IMG/VR virus record: IMGVR_UViG_3300049460_000128 | Span: 186,001 to 250,000 of that record | Length of the DNA: 64,000 bases | Direction: 5' to 3' (one strand) | Part shown: positions 18,924-26,434 of the stretch, one piece after another | Position numbering within the stretch: position 1 is the first letter of the stretch | How the letters are laid out: every line of letters starts with the position of its first letter | Notes under the pieces: generated by a model | Told to the model about the DNA's origin: nothing | The model's database searches: none | What the model saw: the letters and a program-made list of their open reading frames with translations, nothing else | Translations under genes and position numbers: made by a program

Positions 18924-19144
18924 TATGTCAATCTAAAAAGTACCGCTTCTTCTTCGGTTTTGAGGTACAGGTATGGTTCGTCAAATGGCTCGTCAACTTC
19001 AAAGTTTTCACCCAACAGTTCTTTGAGAATTGGTTTCGCATACTCAGATGGAAACTTTGCCAAAACACAATCATGGAAACATGGAGCCGATTTGATGTCA
19101 ATATCCCAACACCAAAATTTATCTGGCAACGGTACGCGAATCAT
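18920..19144 (-). CDS. FKLT-family small protein
   Basis: LKTEEEAVLFRLTY. Confidence 0.78.
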   Translation of the reverse strand: MIRVPLPDKFWCWDIDIKSAPCFHDCVLAKFPSEYAKPILKELLGENFEVDEPFDEPYLYLKTEEEAVLFRLTY

Positions 19145-19419
19145 TGGAATCGACCTGCAATAAGTTCTTCAGGGAGTTCGCTCGCATCGACGCCATATTG
19201 TAGCTTGAATACTGCTGCTTCTGCTATCTCATTATCTGGAAAGATGGCATACCAGACTGTTGGATCATCGCCTATGTATTTGGGCGAACAGTCATGTGCT
19301 ATTTTTGCCTCATCCAACTCTGCAATGATGACGTTACAACGGGCCAGACCCGCAGTAGCTTCCTCATATGTGGCACCAGGCTTGAATCTATTTTTGATGT
19401 GGAAGATGATTCGAATCAT
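19141..19419 (-). CDS. FKLT-family small protein
   Basis: FPDNEIAEAAVFKLQY. Confidence 0.72.
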   Translation of the reverse strand: MIRIIFHIKNRFKPGATYEEATAGLARCNVIIAELDEAKIAHDCSPKYIGDDPTVWYAIFPDNEIAEAAVFKLQYGVDASELPEELIAGRFQ

Positions 19420-19655
19420 AGGTGTGTGAGCTTAAAAATGGCTGCTTCGGACTCGGTGGCGAATTCACACCAGAAGATATACGAAATGCTTTTGTCATAT
19501 ATAAACGACGTTGGCAAATCCATCATGCACAGCTTTTTGTTGTCGGTTGGTCTAGCTTCGAGTTTGATGTTGTTATCTGTTAGCATTTGCAGAAATTCAA
19601 CCGTATTTTTGAAGGTGTTCATGAACACCTGGACCTTGATTGTTTGGAGTGCCAT
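19416..19655 (-). CDS. FKLT-family small protein
   Basis: FATESEAAIFKLTHL. Confidence 0.8.
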   Translation of the reverse strand: MALQTIKVQVFMNTFKNTVEFLQMLTDNNIKLEARPTDNKKLCMMDLPTSFIYDKSISYIFWCEFATESEAAIFKLTHL

Positions 19656-19909
19656 TACATGTAGGTGAGTTTGAAGATTGCTGCTTGTGTATCGTCGGCA
19701 AATACCACCACAACTTCAACATCATATTGCTCGTTGAGATACGAAAGCGAATAACCCTCGTCTTTGAGTTGGCGCTCAAGAACTGCACGACGTTCTTCTT
19801 CAATGATCCATTCAGATTTAGACCATATCTTCTCACGCATAAATGCGTACTTCAAATAGGAGTACAGGTAATGGCTTCTCATTGATGATGTCCGTATTTC
19901 AGTTTCCAC
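19655..19909 (-). CDS. FKLT-family small protein
   Basis: FADDTQAAIFKLTYM. Confidence 0.8.
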   Translation of the reverse strand: METEIRTSSMRSHYLYSYLKYAFMREKIWSKSEWIIEEERRAVLERQLKDEGYSLSYLNEQYDVEVVVVFADDTQAAIFKLTYM

Positions 19910-20148
19910 ATGACTGCTTCTTCATCACTGTTAAACACCAGATGGATATCCCAGTTAACTTTTTCTGGTTTCAACGTGTAGGCTTCAGCAGGCAATGGTT
20001 GTCTTGCGATAACCCAACCCGGGAAATCGAAACGTACACCAGTCATGTCGATGCCAATAGGTACCATTACGCGCTTGAACATGGAAGTGTACGTTGAGGG
20101 ATGAGTCACGTACTCTATCCACGAGTTTGGTACTCGTATTCTGGTCAT
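19879..20148 (-). CDS. FKLT-family small protein
   Basis: FNSDEEAVMWKLKY. Confidence 0.76.
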   Translation of the reverse strand: MTRIRVPNSWIEYVTHPSTYTSMFKRVMVPIGIDMTGVRFDFPGWVIARQPLPAEAYTLKPEKVNWDIHLVFNSDEEAVMWKLKYGHHQ

Positions 20149-20351
20149 AGGTGTGTCAACTTAAACATTGCGGCATCTTCTTCTGTATCGAATTCCATCC
20201 ATGCCTTTATCAAAATCGGGCGCATCATGAGTCCATTATATTCGGACTGACGTACGACTGGATGATTTTCGTTCTCCAACTTGTGTACACAGCGTATGGC
20301 CTCAACGGTAGATGGTGTGCCATACATGTCAAATAATAAAATCTTGATCAT
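20145..20351 (-). CDS. FKLT-family small protein
   Basis: FDTEEDAAMFKLTHL. Confidence 0.8.
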   Translation of the reverse strand: MIKILLFDMYGTPSTVEAIRCVHKLENENHPVVRQSEYNGLMMRPILIKAWMEFDTEEDAAMFKLTHL

Positions 20352-20557
20352 AGGTGCGTCAATTTGAACAATGCAGCTTCATCTTCGGTATCAAACCACA
20401 TGTAGATCCACGAGTCATCCATTGCATATTGATAGCCCAGACGAATGATCTTAACACCCATGGCATCTACTTTGGACCAATCACGCCGCATTGCTGGCAC
20501 CGCCGGGTCTTCTGGTAACTTGATGACATTTAGACGGATCATATTCTGAGCTTCCAT
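20348..20557 (-). CDS. FKLT-family small protein
   Basis: FDTEDEAALFKLTHL. Confidence 0.8.
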   Translation of the reverse strand: MEAQNMIRLNVIKLPEDPAVPAMRRDWSKVDAMGVKIIRLGYQYAMDDSWIYMWFDTEDEAALFKLTHL

Positions 20558-20739
20558 ATGGCGTATGCGGCCTCATTGGGGAATTCAATATACCATTTCA
20601 AATGACGTCCCACCTTTTCATACTTGAAAATACTGCCATCAAGCCGTGCTAAGTCGATTTGCTTTGAGACCAATTCATATCGTTCTTTAGTTACATCGTC
20701 TTCTTCTTCCGAATCTAACACCTTGATTGTTATGGTCAT
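20539..20739 (-). CDS. FKLT-family small protein
   Basis: FPNEAAYAIWKLRI. Confidence 0.72.
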   Translation of the reverse strand: MTITIKVLDSEEEDDVTKERYELVSKQIDLARLDGSIFKYEKVGRHLKWYIEFPNEAAYAIWKLRI

Positions 20740-20954
20740 AGGTGCGTGAGTTTAAAAAGCATAGCTTCCTCTTCGGTCTCAAATTCCCAATAAGCCTGAA
20801 CAAGCCCTTCTGTTTCTTCCCGCACGATTGGGCGTGGTAAGTCAGGATGAGCAGACACCCAGGTTGCAGCGGCGCCGCGTAACTTCAAATGGAGCATAAT
20901 AGTGTTTCCTGATACACCAATTGCGCCCAATTCACGAAAGATTACCTTAGCCAT
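20736..20954 (-). CDS. FKLT-family small protein
   Basis: FETEEEAMLFKLTHL. Confidence 0.8.
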   Translation of the reverse strand: MAKVIFRELGAIGVSGNTIMLHLKLRGAAATWVSAHPDLPRPIVREETEGLVQAYWEFETEEEAMLFKLTHL

Positions 20955-21177
20955 GCAATGACTCCCAATTGGTTAATTTGTACAGGGCAGCTTCTTCTTC
21001 AGTCTCAAACTCAACATAAGCTTGCACGAGACCCTGACCTTGGTTACGGGTGACTGGACGTTGCTGTGAAGGATTTTTGACGTGCCAGCGATTGTATTTC
21101 ATCATCAACCACATTTCAGTTGTGAGGGCCGCCGAGTTGGAATTGGTTTGACGTTCGTCAATGATCAATCGAAACAT
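20947..21177 (-). CDS. FKLT-family small protein
   Basis: FETEEEAALYKLTNW. Confidence 0.78.
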   Translation of the reverse strand: MFRLIIDERQTNSNSAALTTEMWLMMKYNRWHVKNPSQQRPVTRNQGQGLVQAYVEFETEEEAALYKLTNWESLHG

Positions 21178-21179
21178 GA

Positions 21180-21398
21180 TTACATGTGAGTGAGTTTGAA
21201 GAGGAGCGCCTCTTCATCGTTGGGAAATTCCCAATAGAGATAAATTTCTTCGTCTGTTTCGTCAATACTGAGTAGTGGCATCCAGTTAAATTGATTGCGC
21301 CAACCATAACTAATAAGCCTCACATCAAAGCGCTGCATGTCTTGCATAAAGTCATCGCCAGTACTGAGAGGCTCGCGGTATACTATTAGTCGATACAT
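21180..21398 (-). CDS. FKLT-family small protein
   Basis: FPNDEEALLFKLTHM. Confidence 0.8.
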   Translation of the reverse strand: MYRLIVYREPLSTGDDFMQDMQRFDVRLISYGWRNQFNWMPLLSIDETDEEIYLYWEFPNDEEALLFKLTHM

Positions 21399-21401
21399 GA
21401 T

Positions 21402-21423
21402 AAAAGGGGATTGCTCCCCTTCC
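21402..21423 (-). terminator. Terminator-like hairpin inside the array
   Basis: GGGGA-GCAA-TCCCC followed by CTTTT. Confidence 0.65.
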
Positions 21424-21453
21424 CTTACTTAATTGCTTCATTGAATAGTTACA

Positions 21454-21678
21454 TCAAGTAGCACCCGGCCACCTGTGACTCAATTTGTACATCATGGCTT
21501 CTTCCTCATCATCGAACAGAAAGTAAACACTGATGCCTTTCTTGCCGCCACGCATTTGAAGAAGTTCCTCGTCGAGCGCCGCACTGTTATTCCAGTTACT
21601 CATAAATTCCCACAAGATATCCCATGACCCAACAGGATACGGGTGAGGAACAAAGCGGACGACGAGTTCGTACATCAT
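21454..21678 (-). CDS. FKLT-family small protein
   Basis: FDDEEEAMMYKLSH. Confidence 0.75.
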   Translation of the reverse strand: MMYELVVRFVPHPYPVGSWDILWEFMSNWNNSAALDEELLQMRGGKKGISVYFLFDDEEEAMMYKLSHRWPGAT

Positions 21679-22052
21679 TGAGCCTTGAAGTCGGCCAGCA
21701 AACGCTCTTCAGCAGCCACACCAGTCAGACCGCGATACCACAAGGTAGCCGAGATAGCCACTGAGTCCCGTTGGATTTCATGCAAGACACGGTTAGCCAT
21801 TTCCAGGTTGTATGTGACCAATACTGGGGTCTGACCCGCGACACTGTCAGCAACCGCAGTAAAGCCATGGCCACTCAAAGCAGCCACGAGAGTGTCGAGG
21901 CTTTTGTGATTGCGTTCATCAACCTCAGGGTAGTGCATGTGGAGGATTGCCATCGGGGTGCCGCCCATCTCGCGAGCAAACGCCTGGAAGACGTCATTGT
22001 GGCTGAGGCCGATCATGTCGTCGGCGATGGTGCTAAAGTCTGGTGTATTCAT
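21675..22052 (-). CDS. Hypothetical protein (no motif)
   Basis: 125 aa ORF with ATGA overlap. Confidence 0.65.
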   Translation of the reverse strand: MNTPDFSTIADDMIGLSHNDVFQAFAREMGGTPMAILHMHYPEVDERNHKSLDTLVAALSGHGFTAVADSVAGQTPVLVTYNLEMANRVLHEIQRDSVAISATLWYRGLTGVAAEERLLADFKAQ

Positions 22053-22085
22053 TTTATTGGTATGCTATGTGTTTAAATTGCGAAT

Positions 22086-22367
22086 TTATTCAACGTTGGT
22101 TTTCATATCGTTAACGAAGCTATAACGCCGCAATGCCGTGATGGTGTCGTCATACGTCAATCGAAATACGACAAGCTCGGATTCGGTATCAAATTCCACA
22201 TGGTAGTGTTCAATCACGTTATAATGACTATAGCCACCTTTGGACGGGTGGATTTCTTCAGACACATGCCCCACCTTATATCCAAGTGACTCCAGCATGG
22301 CAATGAATGCCAACACCTCTTGATTACTACCACGACATGAATAGCTGTGAAACTGATACTGAATCAT
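22086..22367 (-). CDS. FKLT-family small protein
   Basis: FDTESELVVFRLTY. Confidence 0.72.
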   Translation of the reverse strand: MIQYQFHSYSCRGSNQEVLAFIAMLESLGYKVGHVSEEIHPSKGGYSHYNVIEHYHVEFDTESELVVFRLTYDDTITALRRYSFVNDMKTNVE

Positions 22368-22567
22368 TGTTGTGATGTGATGACTATTGGCAACACGACT
22401 TCGCGGAAGTGTTGCGCTGCTTCTTCGGTAGCAAAGTCAATCGCACCCTGATACTTGCCTGCCTCTTGGATTTCGCGATATTGAAATCCAGCAGCTTTCA
22501 TATTTCCTTGCATCAGCATGCGAGGGAATTGGTCTTGCTGGATTTCAAATGTAACAGTGATTGTCAT
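22364..22567 (-). CDS. Small protein with a partial array-like motif
   Basis: IDFATEEAAQHF; lacks KLT. Confidence 0.6.
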   Translation of the reverse strand: MTITVTFEIQQDQFPRMLMQGNMKAAGFQYREIQEAGKYQGAIDFATEEAAQHFREVVLPIVITSQQ

Positions 22568-22649
22568 TATTTCGCTTTCAGTTTTGACTTATGGTATTTG
22601 GTACGTATCATAGCAGAGTAACATAAACCATACCATACTAAAATAATAC

Positions 22650-23393
22650 ATGACATATCAATGCCAAGAATGCACCAAATCATTCACCACAAGGTCTGGG
22701 TTGACCGGCCACAGTCAAACACATAAGGTCAAGAAGCCTATTGTGATGAAAGAATGCTCTATTTGTTTTACTGAATTTGATGCAATGGTCAGACGAAAGA
22801 ATGGCCAATACGTGGTGAAAGAAACATGCTCAGATGACTGTCATTTGGCATTGAGAATAACCAGAGCTACTATGACCAAACGTCCTGATGTTATTTCTCT
22901 TGGCAAAAGTGTACATGGTGACAAGTTTGACTATTCACAAACTGTTTATGTTGATGCTAAAACTCCAATCATGATAGGATGTCCTATACACGGCAGTGTG
23001 AAAGTAAGTATCTACGGCCATTTGAAAAAATATGGCTGTCCTCGGTGTGGGACTGAAGTGAAGTCTAGAGCATTTGTTGATAATGTATTGAACGCACCAG
23101 GTGGAAAAATATCAAAACAAGAAACTATTTGGCTGGATGAGCTTGGTATAGTGGAAAGACAATATAAAGCTCAAACCAGCCAGCGTTCAATATTAGTTGA
23201 TGGGTATGATGCTATTACAAATACGGTGTATCTATTCCATGGCGTTTTTTGGCATGGCCATCCTGATCATTTTCCAGCAGATCAAATGCATCCAATCAAA
23301 CACGCATCATACGGAGAGCTATATGAAAAGACCCTCTTCGAAGAGGGTCTTTTGCGTGATGCTGGTTATAACGTGATTAGTAAATGGGGATAA
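22650..23393 (+). CDS. Zinc-finger plus PD-(D/E)xK/Vsr-like endonuclease, putative free-standing homing endonuclease
   Basis: C2H2 finger CQECTKSFTTRSGLTGHSQTH; further CxxC and CPIHG..H..GCPRC motifs; C-terminal VDGYDAITNTVYLFHGVFWHG; on the opposite strand to all neighbours. Confidence 0.75.
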   Translation: MTYQCQECTKSFTTRSGLTGHSQTHKVKKPIVMKECSICFTEFDAMVRRKNGQYVVKETCSDDCHLALRITRATMTKRPDVISLGKSVHGDKFDYSQTVYVDAKTPIMIGCPIHGSVKVSIYGHLKKYGCPRCGTEVKSRAFVDNVLNAPGGKISKQETIWLDELGIVERQYKAQTSQRSILVDGYDAITNTVYLFHGVFWHGHPDHFPADQMHPIKHASYGELYEKTLFEEGLLRDAGYNVISKWG

Positions 23394-24413
23394 TCATTTG
23401 CCGATGACATTGTCAAACAGGAAGCAATGTGCTCTTGTGGCCACATTATAACCACGAGCAATTGCGCCTTCAGCGACCTTGGCTTGAACCAAACGTTGAC
23501 CCGCCGCGGTGGCACCTACGGGCATGATCCAAACAGGCCAGGTGACGCCAGCAGCGCGGAACAAAGCAGTCGCACGTTCTACCTCATCCCATGCACGATC
23601 GCTGCCATCCGACACGAATTTCAGCTGGCCGGCGTTGCTGAGCGCAGCATACGCGGCTACGATTTCTGGCTTGATGGCGTCATCCCATTTTTCGCCACTC
23701 AGGAACAGTTTAGGCGACACAGACCAGAACCACTCAACACCCTGAAGTGCTTCAACGGCAGGAGGTAGGCCCGTGAACGAATCAGCGCACAGATTTTGCA
23801 GGTCAGTCATGTAGAAGCTTTGCTGCATGGCTTCGCTGTCGATGGTATCAGCATCTGGGAAATGACCGCTCAGATAGCTGGAGAATTTGTCGCGTGCCTT
23901 TTGCGTGCCGTTTGTTTCAACAGTCACGTACTTGGGCATGTTGCCGCGCTTTGCGAACTCTAGCATGATGTCCACGATTGCGTTCTGGGACATCATTGGC
24001 TCGCCGCCCGTAAAGGCCATGTGAGTCCATTGACCAGACTTTGGATGCAGGAAACGACCGTCGGGATTGCTTGGCGATTTCAGGAAGGCTTCCAGCTCAT
24101 CACAGATCTTTTCCACCGACCCTTTGCGGGCAAGGTGTGCGTATTTTTTCGACCACGAATACGAGCTGTCACAACCTTTATTGAACACTGGAAGTTCTTC
24201 CATGCTCTTGTAAGGGGTGATGTCGATCTTGCGGTAATCCAAATCCCATGTTTCAGGCTGATCTGGATTCGTTTGGCCGAAGCCCTCACATTCGAAGTTA
24301 CAGCCCCAGAAACGGATCCAAATTGTCGGAATACCGGTGTATCTTCCTTCGCCCTGGATTGTGTTACCAAAAATCTCAGAGTACTGGTACTCTTTAATGC
24401 GTGTAGTAGTCAT
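23394..24413 (-). CDS. queE: QueE-like radical SAM 7-carboxy-7-deazaguanine synthase
   Basis: EIFGNTIQGEGRYTGIPTIWIRFWGCNFEC...GCDS, FTGGEP, VETNGT, WSVSPKL. Confidence 0.85.
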   Translation of the reverse strand: MTTTRIKEYQYSEIFGNTIQGEGRYTGIPTIWIRFWGCNFECEGFGQTNPDQPETWDLDYRKIDITPYKSMEELPVFNKGCDSSYSWSKKYAHLARKGSVEKICDELEAFLKSPSNPDGRFLHPKSGQWTHMAFTGGEPMMSQNAIVDIMLEFAKRGNMPKYVTVETNGTQKARDKFSSYLSGHFPDADTIDSEAMQQSFYMTDLQNLCADSFTGLPPAVEALQGVEWFWSVSPKLFLSGEKWDDAIKPEIVAAYAALSNAGQLKFVSDGSDRAWDEVERATALFRAAGVTWPVWIMPVGATAAGQRLVQAKVAEGAIARGYNVATRAHCFLFDNVIGK

Positions 24414-24472
24414 TGTATTTCAATGTAATGTGGTGTTGCCATTCTAGACAGAAGACTTGAGTCAATCAATAG

Positions 24473-24500
24473 AAAAATATGGGCCACGAAGGCCCATATT
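24473..24500 (-). terminator. Rho-independent terminator
   Basis: ATATGGGCC-TTCGT-GGCCCATAT-TTTT. Confidence 0.75.
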
Positions 24501-24695
24501 TCACAACTTCTTCAAATATTCATACGCCTCAGCCAAATTCCAAAACTTTTTGGAGAATGACTTTAGGAATATGGTTCTGCCTGAATGTTCTGCATACACA
24601 TCGACCGATAGGTTAAAGACACCATATGACTCGGTTAACGTGTAGCTATTTGAACGTTTACTGGATCGGCGCCAGCCAACTAGATGATATGCCAT
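24501..24695 (-). CDS. Hypothetical protein
   Basis: 64 aa ORF. Confidence 0.5.
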   Translation of the reverse strand: MAYHLVGWRRSSKRSNSYTLTESYGVFNLSVDVYAEHSGRTIFLKSFSKKFWNLAEAYEYLKKL

Positions 24696-24763
24696 TTACG
24701 CTAATGAACTCCTACAACGACATTATAGCACAATCGTGCTGAAGTTGCTGTAGGCAAACAAGT

Positions 24764-25042
24764 TCATTCAGTAATTTCAACGAGCTTATAGATACGATAC
24801 GCGCCACGTGGATTGATCACTTGACCGCGTGAGTCAACCTTGCCTTCACGGCGCAGCTGGCTCTCTTCCTGACGGTTGCAATAGTCACGAAACCCTTCTG
24901 CATCTTTCATCGTACCATATTGATTGGTACCACCGTAAGAGTAAAAGCCCACATGACCATCTGGCTTTTCAGGATACCAGGGCCGGCCGACAGCATAGTT
25001 GAATTGTTCGCTCATTCGTATTCCCAAGGATAGACGATCCAT
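24764..25042 (-). CDS. Hypothetical protein
   Basis: 92 aa ORF overlapping the PRT gene end. Confidence 0.6.
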   Translation of the reverse strand: MDRLSLGIRMSEQFNYAVGRPWYPEKPDGHVGFYSYGGTNQYGTMKDAEGFRDYCNRQEESQLRREGKVDSRGQVINPRGAYRIYKLVEITE

Positions 25043-25539
25043 TCTGGCTTTTCGATCTTGTTGATCTCTTCGCCAGAATAGTCTGGACTGAACAGTGTAG
25101 CACCTAAATTGTGCTGCAACACTGCAACTCGAATACGTGCCATGTCGTATGTTTCAAGATCAACATCATAGCCATTGGCTTCAGCAACTGCGGTTGCCAT
25201 ATCGCGAGCATTGGCGAGATGGGTTTCCAACTGTTGGTGAATTTCATGCAGGGTATGACCTTCATCACAGATGTCGTCTACGATGAGCACTCGTTTATTG
25301 CTACGAATAACTTCCACCAATTTTTCAATTGGGTCGGCACCTGGATGATCACGAAGAGAATACTTGAAAGCAACCATAGGTACATCGTAGTAGTGGCTGA
25401 CATGCACGGCAGGAATCATCCCACCGCGCACAAGACCTACCACGATATCTGGTTTGTACTCATCGAGAGCCATTTGACGATACATGACATTCAGCATGTC
25501 GTGCATATCAGTGTAACCGAGATATCGTTTCTTGATCAT
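25012..25539 (-). CDS. Type I purine phosphoribosyltransferase (Gpt/Xpt-like)
   Basis: VVGLVRGG, PRPP loop VLIVDDICDEGHTL, C-terminal WIVYPWE. Confidence 0.88.
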   Translation of the reverse strand: MIKKRYLGYTDMHDMLNVMYRQMALDEYKPDIVVGLVRGGMIPAVHVSHYYDVPMVAFKYSLRDHPGADPIEKLVEVIRSNKRVLIVDDICDEGHTLHEIHQQLETHLANARDMATAVAEANGYDVDLETYDMARIRVAVLQHNLGATLFSPDYSGEEINKIEKPEWIVYPWEYE

Positions 25540-26213
25540 TTGATGTGCTTGACCGAATTCAGGAATTCAGTACGCATACCCAGTTCAGTGCGGAACTTAC
25601 CACCCATGTAGGTAGTAATGGTCGAACTCGTGGAGTCTTCAACACCGCGGGTTTGAACGCACATGTGTTCAGCATCCAGGTGGACTGCTACATCATCCGT
25701 TTTCAGAATGAACTTCAGTGCTTCAGCGATCTGAACGGTCAGACGCTCTTGGATCTGTGGACGACGTGCGAAGTATTCCACGATACGATTCAGCTTGCTC
25801 AGACCCAGTACGGTGCCATTTGGCATGTAGGCAATAGTTGCTTTGCCGATGATTGGGACCAAGTGGTGTTCGCAGTTCGATTGAACCGTGATACCAGTTT
25901 CAACAACCATTTGATCGTAGTTGATTTTGTTTTCAACTGCGGTACACTTTGGGAAATTCTCAGGATCCAGACCCCAGAAGATTTCGCTGGTGTACATTTT
26001 GGCAACGCGCAATGGAGTTTCCATCAGGCTGTCATCTTTCAGATCCATACCCAGAGTTTCCAGAATGCTCGTTACAGCTTTCTCGATCTTGGAGATCTTT
26101 TGTTTGATAGTCAGACCGTTGTCGATCATTGGAGTTTGCAGACCCAACGATTCCAGGTGTGCTTGAACTTGCTTACCCAATTCCGGGTCGGTTTTTGTTT
26201 TGTTAAAAGACAT
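25536..26213 (-). CDS. folE: GTP cyclohydrolase I
   Basis: ETPLRVAKMY, SNCEHH, GLSKLNR, RRPQIQERLT, HMCVQTRG. Confidence 0.95.
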   Translation of the reverse strand: MSFNKTKTDPELGKQVQAHLESLGLQTPMIDNGLTIKQKISKIEKAVTSILETLGMDLKDDSLMETPLRVAKMYTSEIFWGLDPENFPKCTAVENKINYDQMVVETGITVQSNCEHHLVPIIGKATIAYMPNGTVLGLSKLNRIVEYFARRPQIQERLTVQIAEALKFILKTDDVAVHLDAEHMCVQTRGVEDSTSSTITTYMGGKFRTELGMRTEFLNSVKHIK

Positions 26214-26245
26214 CAGCTACCTCTTATAGCGTAAATTGTTATGAA

Positions 26246-26360
26246 CTATGACCTCTTGCCATAGCTATGTGGGAATCATCGATCAACATGACACGGTAAA
26301 GAACGGCTCTCGTGGCCGGTTACGGGACGTCATGTTAGTCAACTAGGACTTTGTCCACAT
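26246..26360 (-). promoter_or_regulatory. Candidate structured cis-regulatory leader of folE
   Basis: Several nested inverted repeats between TAAATA (26362-26367) and the folE start. Confidence 0.5.
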
Positions 26361-26434
26361 CTATTTATGAACTCAATTAAGTATCATACAAACATGATAG
26401 CAAGTTGAGATCATGGCTCATAATTAAAGTTGAA

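Larger units (their letters stand above)
12093..22367 (-). repeat. Tandem array of 38 small paralogous ORFs with a shared C-terminal FxxExxAxxFKLT motif
   Basis: Motif read directly in each translation; genes mostly joined by overlapping stop/start codons. Confidence 0.92.

Noticed and set aside
13083-20739. Periodic TCATAGGT...AGTTTGAA blocks as a CRISPR array or DNA repeat
   Set aside because: Spacing is irregular (about 190-360 nt per unit), copies differ at synonymous positions, the blocks encode protein ends, and no cas genes are present.
12093-22367. Array as a diversity-generating retroelement or integron cassette array
   Set aside because: No reverse transcriptase or integrase is in the window. 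I saw no near-identical TR/VR pair with adenine-only differences. Genes overlap, leaving no room for attC palindromes. An enzyme elsewhere in the genome cannot be excluded.
22565-22612. 14-codon mini-ORF MIRTKYHKSKLKAK ahead of the array, preceded by CTATGA
   Set aside because: Could be a truncated array remnant, but it is too short and lacks the motif, so it cannot be distinguished from chance.
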